Assembly (NCBI RefSeq): GCF_001194135.2
Contig: NC_068982.1
Coordinates: 57,559,831-57,593,358 of the forward strand
Direction of reading: 5' to 3'
Source: Octopus bimaculoides
Taxonomy: Eukaryota
DNA length: 33,528 bases
A model generated the notes under the pieces. It had not been told where the DNA came from, ran no database searches, and was given only the letters and a program-made list of their open reading frames with translations. Both the position numbers and the translations under genes were made by a program. Positions within the stretch are counted from its first letter, which is position 1, and each line of letters opens with the position of its first letter. This document shows, piece after piece, positions 24,692 through 33,528 of the stretch.

Positions 24692-25018
24692 CTAGCAGAA
24701 ATACCCGGCGTTGCCCGGGTTAAAGAGAATAATGAAATCTAAAAACGCCGTCTAGACTACGCATCATCTTTATATATAGAGATGTATATACACACACGCA
24801 CCCAAACACACGTATATATATGTATATCAATATAAATATATGAAAGTCAATGAAGTTTTGTAAAAGAAGGTGATCATGTACATACTTTCTTGCTGTTGTG
24901 ATTATAACACCTCATTGTAAACTATGTTCCTTGTTTTCCCTTGTGGAGCATATACAAATAGGTTTTTTGTTGCTGCCCACTCTTGAGCAGCCAACATACA
25001 GTTGTCCATGTGAGAAGC
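24692..25018 (-). mobile_element. Helitron 3' end: PIF1 helicase C-terminus, terminator hairpin and CTAG
   Basis: Minus strand from the gap reads FSHGQLYVGCSRVGSNK(+1 frameshift in A6 run)NLFVYAPQGKTRNIVYNEVL*, the canonical RepHel C-terminus. Hairpin ACCCGG-GCAACG-CCGGGT (24703-24720) is followed by ATTTCTG-CTAG (24692-24695) and a T. Confidence 0.92.
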
Positions 25019-26334
25019 NNNNNNNNNNNNNNNNNNNNNNNNNNNNNNNNNNNNNNNNNNNNNNNNNNNNNNNNNNNNNNNNNNNNNNNNNNNNNNNNNN
25101 NNNNNNNNNNNNNNNNNNNNNNNNNNNNNNNNNNNNNNNNNNNNNNNNNNNNNNNNNNNNNNNNNNNNNNNNNNNNNNNNNNNNNNNNNNNNNNNNNNNN
25201 NNNNNNNNNNNNNNNNNNNNNNNNNNNNNNNNNNNNNNNNNNNNNNNNNNNNNNNNNNNNNNNNNNNNNNNNNNNNNNNNNNNNNNNNNNNNNNNNNNNN
25301 NNNNNNNNNNNNNNNNNNNNNNNNNNNNNNNNNNNNNNNNNNNNNNNNNNNNNNNNNNNNNNNNNNNNNNNNNNNNNNNNNNNNNNNNNNNNNNNNNNNN
25401 NNNNNNNNNNNNNNNNNNNNNNNNNNNNNNNNNNNNNNNNNNNNNNNNNNNNNNNNNNNNNNNNNNNNNNNNNNNNNNNNNNNNNNNNNNNNNNNNNNNN
25501 NNNNNNNNNNNNNNNNNNNNNNNNNNNNNNNNNNNNNNNNNNNNNNNNNNNNNNNNNNNNNNNNNNNNNNNNNNNNNNNNNNNNNNNNNNNNNNNNNNNN
25601 NNNNNNNNNNNNNNNNNNNNNNNNNNNNNNNNNNNNNNNNNNNNNNNNNNNNNNNNNNNNNNNNNNNNNNNNNNNNNNNNNNNNNNNNNNNNNNNNNNNN
25701 NNNNNNNNNNNNNNNNNNNNNNNNNNNNNNNNNNNNNNNNNNNNNNNNNNNNNNNNNNNNNNNNNNNNNNNNNNNNNNNNNNNNNNNNNNNNNNNNNNNN
25801 NNNNNNNNNNNNNNNNNNNNNNNNNNNNNNNNNNNNNNNNNNNNNNNNNNNNNNNNNNNNNNNNNNNNNNNNNNNNNNNNNNNNNNNNNNNNNNNNNNNN
25901 NNNNTTACAGTATCGAAATGGTGTACATATACATGTATATGTATACATATACATCTCTCTCTCTCTTTCTGTCTCTCTCTTTCTCTCTTTCTCTCTCTGT
26001 GAAAGTATCTGTCATTACAGTATCGAAATGTGATTGTTTCAGTTAGTGGAACAGTTTCATTTTTAAAGTGAAAGTATTTGACATAAGTGTTTTTGTTTCA
26101 CTTTTTTAGCAGTTAATTATATTGCTTCAAAATATCCAGGTTGTAAAGATGTTTTTGCTTTCATACAACTCAAACTATTTTACACATTCTGTTGTAATTG
26201 TTGGCCAGCTTTAAGTAATTGGTGCAGATATGTTTTTCTTTTTTTATCAATGCTAGGCATTCGTACTGGGGTTGAACAAAATCATTTTCTTATTTCCATG
26301 TTTTTTGGGGGTTTTTTTTGTTTCTTTTCTGTTA

Positions 26335-26572
26335 TTGCAACTGTTGTTCTTTATACCTAGATCGACCTTGGTCAAGCAAACCTTTAATAAAAAAGTGTTT
26401 CAGCTATGACTATCCTGGGGTTTTATTTATTTATTTATTTATTTATTTATTTTTGTAGATCGAGACTATATGGGGCACTGCACTCTTCTTTTTATAATTC
26501 AGCACAATGAGACAAGAGGGTAATGTAGCTGCTATTTTAGCTGGTCGTGTAACCCCATAAACGTCTCCTCGT
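26335..26572 (-). repeat. Old dispersed repeat, family E (degenerate copy)
   Basis: TGTTGTT..CCTAGATCGACCTTGGTCAAGCAAACC..CAGCTATGACTATCC...AATGTAGCTGCTATTTTAGCTGGTCG. Confidence 0.5.
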
Positions 26573-26709
26573 TAGTGCATGTAACTGTTGTTACTGATAC
26601 TACCACTAATGTATATCCCCTATTTAGTTCTCAAGTATATCTTTCATCAAATCTATTCCAACTTTCACCCTTCTATTTTGTCCCCTTTACACTTTGAAAA
26701 TTAGTCGAT

Positions 26710-26759
<50 letters not shown>

Positions 26760-28197
26760 CGTGTGTGTCCCCGTTATATGCAACAAAAGCAGTATTAGAT
26801 TAAAAGCCATCTATGTATCATACTAAATGCAAATACATCGAAAAAGCAAATTTACTACGTCATACGTCCAGATATAATATTCCTTATGGAAGTACAATGT
26901 TTAAAAACACAAACTATTCAGGTACTAGAAGAAAATGCTAGGTGTGCATGTTACGATGAAATCCGTAGTTACCAATAAATAAAACAGTGATTGAACTGGT
27001 GTTGCAATTAGCCGCCCGGCCGAACAAAAGTTCCTTATACGCAATAGCTTTCTGTTTACCATCAATTGATTTCCAGGAAGTTTATTTCACTGCAATCTTG
27101 GTATTGTGCAGTTAGCAAATGAAGTAAATTGTTTTAGACTTTGCAAGCGTAGTTCTTTAAATAATAATTAACAAATGATGAACATTTATTTATCCCTAAG
27201 CCTAGACGAACCGAGGGAAATATTAAAATCAAACACTATGTAACATATCTGAAAATATTACAGTTAGATACAAAACAAACTTTTAAAAACCCTAGGCAAA
27301 ACAGTGAAGCGGTTTCAAAATTTAGTCTAGATTAACTAATTCCTCTAAAAATTATAAAGTAATAACACTCTTTAGTTATAAATTTAGTTACAAATATGAA
27401 ATAGTTTGACTATGTTGAAAACACAGTGCTTTAAAGATGAAAAATGAAACACGATTTAAAACAAAGTTAATAAAAACCTTACTCATATTAGCTGCAGACA
27501 ATTAATCCTTCTAAAAGCGAAATAGGTAAAAATTTTCAAATCGATATCAAATAGATTTATTGTAAATATTAGAGCAGTTTGAAAGCTCACTGAATGGATA
27601 TACGTATTAATTGTACCATTGAATGATTTAAGTGTATAAATGACAAATCTAAATACAAGCTCGTACAGTTTAATATTCTTTTTACCCGTTAATCGCAAAA
27701 CCTCCTATTCTAGGCGCTGGAGTGTGGAAAGCCAAACCCCTCAAATGCCGATCCCAAAATTAATATTATTATTAACTCCAGGAAATCATTACTATTTTAC
27801 AATAAATTGAATTGGGCTAAAAAAAAATAGTGGGGAGGAACTTTTTGACGGATCAGGTATGGTACATAGCAAAATGGACTCGTCATAACATTAGAATGTA
27901 ACAGTATAAGTTATTCGTTGTAGTCGAGGGTCGCCTATTGTAACGGTATGTATTATGATATATGTTGGACTCGGCAGTTACCAATTGAAACGGGTGTTGC
28001 TGTTGCAAATGTGCAAGATGAAAGAAGAACAGTGATCGAAGTTGTAAACAAACATTTATTTACCGTTACATATTGTTACAGTCAAACACGACGGGCTGGT
28101 ACGATAAATTCGTAAAGCATGCAAGGTAAAGAGGGATATCGTAGATTTTCCTTGTATGGTTAGTGTTTGTGTTTTCGTCATTGTGTAGTAGTAAACA

Positions 28198-28587
28198 GTG
28201 GAGGCACAATGGCCCAGTGGTTAGGGCAGTGGACTCGCGGTCATAGGATCGCGGTTTCGATTCGCAGACCGGGCGTTGTGAGTGTTTATTGAGCGAAAAC
28301 ACTTAAAGCTCCACGAGGCTCCGGCAGGGGATGTTGGCGAACCCTGCTGTACTCTTTCACCACAACTTTCTCTCACTCTTACTTCCTGTTTCTGTTGTGC
28401 CTGTAATTCGAAGGGTCAGCATTGTCACACTGTGTCACGCTGAATATCCCCGAGAACTACGTTAAGGGTACACGTGTCTGCGGAGTGCTCAGTCACTTGC
28501 ACGTTAATTTCACGAGCAGGCTGTTCCGTTGATCGGATCAACTGGAACCCTCGACGTCGTAAGCGACGGAGTGCCAACAACAACAAC
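28198..28587 (+). mobile_element. tRNA-derived SINE, family A, full length
   Basis: Near-identical to 8906-9291, with a (CAA)n tail. Imperfect TSD TAGTAAAC (28189-28196) / TAGCAAAC (28588-28595). Confidence 0.95.
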
Positions 28588-29045
28588 TAGCAAACTACAG
28601 ATAGAAACAGGATAATGTTGTAGAGAAGAGAAAGTAAGCTAGTGAAAGTTAGAGAGTCGAAGGTAGTTGTATGACTCATAGTGGCGGATTGTTTTCTTTC
28701 TCCCTCTGGCCGTTTATGTCAAGTGGTTGTCTGCCTGTGGCCATCTCTAGTCGCCTCCGTTCACCAACTGATTTTGACTTACGAAGTACTAGTATTTATA
28801 ATTCTACAAAACTAGTTAGAAAAAGAGACATATTGTTGAGAACAATAGATTTCGTTGGGGGTACGTGTTATCCCAATTTTAACTTTTCATGGCGTAGAAG
28901 AAATCAGGAGGGTCAAGTGGTGAAGACATAAATCGGCTTGGCAAAGCCATATGTTAAATGTGACCATTGTTTTTCTGTGAGAAAAATGCTGTTCAAATAT
29001 CATGGGAAATTTGGCAATTCAGGTTCGAATTTACTCTATGACTAA

Positions 29046-29450
29046 ATGAAGTCAATACAAGAAGAAAAAATAATCAGGATATTCACACAACTTTATCTAA
29101 AAGTCATTGTCACTACTAGTGTCAAAACAGGCAATTACTTAGATATTAACATTATCCTCTGCGCTCCTTCTGTAAACCAAACACAGAAACTGCTTACTTT
29201 AATAGAAGCTCAAATCACCATCAGTCGTCAAACAAATTGAATACAGCTTATGTTAATAGACGCATTTCGGTTGACGTAACCGTCAATATAGCCACTCCGT
29301 TCAACTTCATTGAAAATATCACTTGCACTGAACCCATCCCAACTAAATTCAAAAGATGTTGACGTAAGAAATTACTGTGGTTCAATCCACCACATAGTAT
29401 GAACGTGGAAAAGTAGCATAACTAGACGCTTCCTCACACTAGTGACACCC
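29046..29450 (+). mobile_element. Penelope-like retroelement fragment (RT palm end and thumb), decayed
   Basis: KIIRIFTQLYLKVIVTTSVKTGNYLDINIIL, then shifted frame YFNRSSNHH...VNRRIS...RKKLLWFNPPHSMNVE, then (shift) RRFLTLV. This matches PLE RT motifs and the WFxPP motif of the copies at 8.5 and 31.5 kb. Confidence 0.82.
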
Positions 29451-30077
29451 AGAATTCATCTAGAATTCATCCGTGGGACTCTCAGAAGTATTCTAAAGAG
29501 AAGAAAACAGGACTAGTATTATACGAATCATTATTGGAACACACACACACACACATTTATTATTTACTATCAGTCATCTATTGACGAAGTCGTAGCTCTA
29601 CATGTCAGCTTTTCTGTACAAAATAGTATCAGCTGGCTGCAAGTTTTCTTTGAACAGTTTTAATTTCAGAAATTTCCTTCTCCATGATGGATTGCCTTCA
29701 CTACGACTGGTAAGCACCGGCCGTTGACTCTCTTGATTTCTTCCGCCCTTTGACGGGTCTTGCTTTTCATCTTGCAGGGTGTTCAAAATTACCATCCGAC
29801 CTTGCAACAAGTTGTACTGGATTGCAATCGTACATAGTGTTAATAGTACAGTGCTGTGAATACTACGCCAATGGTTCAATGCAAATATAATCGCGATAAT
29901 TCAATCATAGTTTGAACATTGTTTATCCACAAATGAAGTGTAAAGTCATTCTTTCAGTCCGTTACTAACGTACACGCATACATATATGTGCTTGTACATA
30001 TAAATGTTTTCTCTTTTTGTCTCCTCCTTTACTTCTATTAGTCTTTGTTTCATCCGAGGAGTAAACAGACAAAATCT

Positions 30078-30258
30078 GTTGATCGTCAGTCAAAATGCTT
30101 TCGGTATTGAAGCTGAGTTCAAATCACGCTAGTATTAACTTTGCCTTGCGTTCTTCGTTGATAGATAAAACAAAGAACGGGTCAAATACTTGAGCCGATA
30201 TAATTGATTGTTTCCCCTCCCTCAAAATTTCCGGTGTAGTGCCTGTGTCAAAAATTAT
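30078..30258 (+). mobile_element. SINE family B, very degenerate
   Basis: GAGTTCAAATCACGC..AACTTTGCCTTGCGTTCTT..GATAGATAAAA..GCCGATATAATTGA..CCCTCAAAATTTCCGG aligns loosely to family B. Confidence 0.5.
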
Positions 30259-31483
30259 AACATTTTTTCATTTATTTAGTTTTATCTTTATTTTTGTCAA
30301 AACTTCAGTTCCTCTCTTCGCTATTTCTTCTTTTCTTAGTATTTACGAATTTGATAGATTGATTGATAAAATTTTAACTATTTATTTTTAATTATTCTAA
30401 TTAATTAAGTAACAAATTTAAAAGTATATTGTTTCTTTCAACCTTTCTATATTTCTCTTTTCTTTTCCTCTCTGTACCTTTACCGCTTTCTTCCTTTCTG
30501 CATTTACGCATTTGATTGATAGCTTGATTACCCAACTATTGTTTGGAATTCATTCCGAAATTTATTACACATTTTAACCAATTAACTACTAACTTTATCA
30601 GATTGTAGCTTTTTGTCCTTCTTTTCTCTTGTTTGTACGATCGATTCCTTCAGTTTGTATATTTCATGTGTTTGATTCAACTAAATAAAAATGTCAGAGA
30701 TCAAATAATAGAAGAAACGGATTCATTTAGCCGGTGGTTCACGTATTGTGATGTTGCAGATAAAACAAAGGAGGAAGGTGGTGTATGTGCTTGAGAGGGA
30801 AATAGCAAATGTGCTCGTGTGAGATTTGTTAGATGTGAAGGAAGTTCTAAAGCAGAGTTTCTCATAGAAGGTGACAGTGAACATCGAAAAGTGGTCGAAC
30901 AAATTGCTATGTTATTGTATACTATGTCTCTGCTTTTGTACTTTCATCTCTTTAGCAAAAAAAAAAAAGAAATATACAAAAAAAGCATTGAAGAAATGTG
31001 TGTATGTCTGGTATAGTTATTAATTGTACCTAATAGATTTTTTTTTAAATATAAATTTATTTTAGTACTTCTAATTTGCATTCTGTATGTCCATCTTAAT
31101 GTGAATATACTGTAAAAGATACAACACTGCGGTATTCGTCCTGAGAAGGCATATCATATAGACGTATAGTACTAAAGTGCATAAAAACATCATTCGCAGA
31201 CGAAAAGCGTCTAGTTTTTTAGCACTGTACGTCTATGCGAGATGCTTTCTCAATGCTGTGGCTTTCTACAGTATATCCACATTAAGTTGGATGTGCAGAA
31301 TGCCATTCAGAACTAATCCTGCTTCCGTCTCTAATAGCAAATTATTACTGCTTATTCACGCTGTGTAACACATAAACAGTATATCGTTTACTTAATGAAG
31401 AGTCGTATAAAGTACAAATATAAAAATTACGCCACTCACCACTATGATAGTTTAATTGCCAACTGATGCATGTGGGTGTGTAA

Positions 31484-32501
31484 CGAACAAGAACCCGGGA
31501 CGTTATCTGATTCGATCCCACCTTTGCCCTTAATGTCCAGGCTCGAGTACCTAAACTCCTCTTCACCCTACTCAAAAAACATTTCCCTAAATCTAGCCTC
31601 CTTACAAAAATATTTAACCCCCAATCTATAAAATTGACGTACTGCACCACCACTACCACCACCACCACCACCAATATAGCCTGAATAATCCGATATCTTA
31701 ACAACAAGAAACTCGGAAATCCACAACCAGCTAACCCCCAACCTAATAACATAACTCAACATAACCTCCAGTTTCAGACATATCAATCCAGAACACTAAC
31801 TGACTCCCTTACCAACACTAACCCTAACAACTCCTGCTATAATTCCACTACTAACACCCGATCCTCAAATTTACCACTACGCCCAACTATACCTCATGTA
31901 AAAATTAAGAACGATACAGACGATACCACCGGACATGATAACTATCACATTATACACCCCGCAACGCCATCCTCAACTTCCTAACAAATACTAATCTTAA
32001 CGCCACCACTAATAACGAACCTAACACCGGTTCCTCACTAAACAGCAATCCCCACACAAATTCATCCGGAAATCTCTCTACAAACCGATACAGCTTCAGA
32101 TGCCCAACCTCCTGTCCTTTAGATAATCGCTGTTTCACAAACAAAAATATCGTTTACAAGTGTACAGTATCAGCTGCCAACTGTAACTACAAACATATCG
32201 GCTCGTGCAGCTCCACCTTCAAAGCCAGAGGGAGCAACTACTACTCCAGTTTCAAGTCCCAAACAAAATCCAACAGCACATCTCAGCTTATTCATAAACT
32301 AAAGAATGATTCAACTCTTTACACTCACAAGTGGTCCATAGTCACCCACCCCAAACCACACAGCGGCTATAATAACAAGTGTGATCTCTGCATAGCGAGG
32401 TCTTAGCTCTTATGCAATCCACGGATTGCCTTAATGAAAGCAGCAGTACAATTTTTACCTGGAAACATCGATCAATAAATCTATTCTCAAAATACAAATA
32501 A
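31484..32501 (+). mobile_element. Penelope-like retroelement fragment (RT thumb, long linker, GIY-YIG), pseudogenised
   Basis: RDVI*FDPTFALNVQARVPKLLFTLLKKHFPKSSLLTKIFNPQSIKLTYCTTT..NIA*II, then an N/T/S/P-rich linker. It continues CPTSCPLDNRCFTNKNIVYKCTV...KHIGSCSSTFKAR...KWSIV...KCDLCI(shift)EVLALMQSTDCLNE..IFTWKHR..K* with the stop at 32499-32501. Confidence 0.92.
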
Positions 32502-33157
32502 CAACAACCCCCACACACCGCATCTTTTCCCCTAACCTTCTTAAACTTTTCTCCCATGTTTACCCTCACTACCACTATATATATTAAACCAACAATACAT
32601 TCCCATTAATTTCCCTTTAATTCCTTATTGTTATTTATGTCTCTCTTTATCTCTCCTTACCATTTATAACCCTTTTTTCTCTTATTTCACCTGACCCCCT
32701 CAACCCACCCTCTCTGTAAACTTGCAAGTACATACACCCACATACACCTCTACTAATTCATATTGTAATCACGCTCGCCGCACACAACAATATACATTGC
32801 TTAATTGATAGTGGTTGTCGGTACAATTCTTCCCCCATTCTCTCTTGATTTCCATTTTGATACTATTTCATGCATACTTTCTCCTCCCGCTTGACCACAA
32901 ATATTTCCTCACCCTCTTCTCTCCACATTGTCTTTTTTTTCATATACCACTCCCCTTGCTAATCTCTGATTCGGCCAAAATAGCCCTATTGAATACTACC
33001 GGTCAAAGACCTTGCTTAAATTCCACATTCTTCTTACTCCCTTATGATTTTATTCCTTTCTTTTTTAATTTTTTTATTCCTAATTTCTTTCTACATTTAT
33101 ATTCTCCACTCATACTTTTTCTCTCCACACATTCTGATCGATTCTTCCATGTGTTAA

Positions 33158-33528
33158 CACGTACCTTACCTACTTGAAGGCTCTGAATTTACCTTCAAAC
33201 GAGGAACAAAGTTTAAAATTAAAACCAATTTCTCTTGTTCCTCGAGTAACCTCATTTATGTCCTTACTTGCGCAGGTTGCCAAAACTTCTATATCGGACA
33301 GACGAGCCTCCCATTACGTAGAAGAGTAGCTGTCCATAAGGAACAAATAAACCTCCCTCAATACCGCCAAATTCCACTCAGTGGCCACATAGACTCTTGC
33401 GCCAGAAACAAAAACCCTAAATTCATTATATTCCCTTTCTATCAATGTAAAGACAGAATCTCCACACAAGAAAGAATCAACAAGGAGAATCTTTTCATAA
33501 AGAAATTCCAACCATTTCTTAACACACA
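33158..33528 (+). mobile_element. GIY-YIG endonuclease domain of a second (Neptune-like) Penelope-like element; open frame to window edge
   Basis: Stop-free frame of about 123 codons: PYLLEGSEFTFKRGTKFKIKTNFSCSSSNLIYVLTCAGCQNFYIGQTSLPLRRRVAVHKEQINLPQYRQIPLSGHIDSCARNKNPKFIIFPFYQCKDRISTQERINKENLFIKKFQPFLNT. It has LIY/YIG, CxxC and conserved R, H, E, N positions. There is no start codon, so the ORF track misses it. Confidence 0.93.

Noticed and set aside
25905-26031. Direct repeat TTACAGTATCGAAATG either side of a microsatellite
   Set aside because: It starts exactly at a gap edge and cannot be distinguished from an assembly artefact or a TSD of unseen sequence.
27939-28070. 132-bp segment bounded by TGTAACGGTA / TACCGTTACA (solo-LTR or MITE-like)
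   Set aside because: A 10-bp inverted match at free spacing is expected by chance, and no convincing 4-6 bp TSD or second copy is present.
31508-31684. In-frame TGA codons in the PLE, possibly selenocysteine as reported for some PLE lineages
   Set aside because: They fall at a conserved Trp position and a non-Cys position, and the copy also has frameshifts; ordinary nonsense decay explains them.

Overview
This is gappy, repeat-dominated eukaryotic DNA, most consistent with a coleoid cephalopod (Octopus-like). That is inferred from the SINE repertoire and extreme microsatellite load, not from any marker gene. It has eight N-gaps (about 1061-1217, 5128-5768, 10041-10223, 11413-11522, 12626-12943, 18849-19482, 20514-21126, 25019-25904). 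No host protein-coding gene is recognisable, and nearly all ORF-track entries are microsatellite or N-run artefacts. The supportable content is: (i) four Penelope-like element (PLE) coding fragments of two types, largely missed by the ORF track, including an uninterrupted GIY-YIG endonuclease frame at the right edge; (ii) the 3' end of a Helitron (PIF1 helicase C-terminus, hairpin, CTAG) and a Helentron/DINE-1-like non-autonomous element; (iii) many copies of about four tRNA-headed SINE families (labelled A-D here) plus an older (CAA)n-tailed repeat (E); (iv) two long inverted repeats, one carrying a hammerhead-ribozyme-like core in both arms. I see no convincing evidence of a new biological system. 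The best leads are the hammerhead-like fold-back (19972-20163) and the PLE cluster at 29.0-33.5 kb. Family and clade names come from recall of motifs and need database confirmation.
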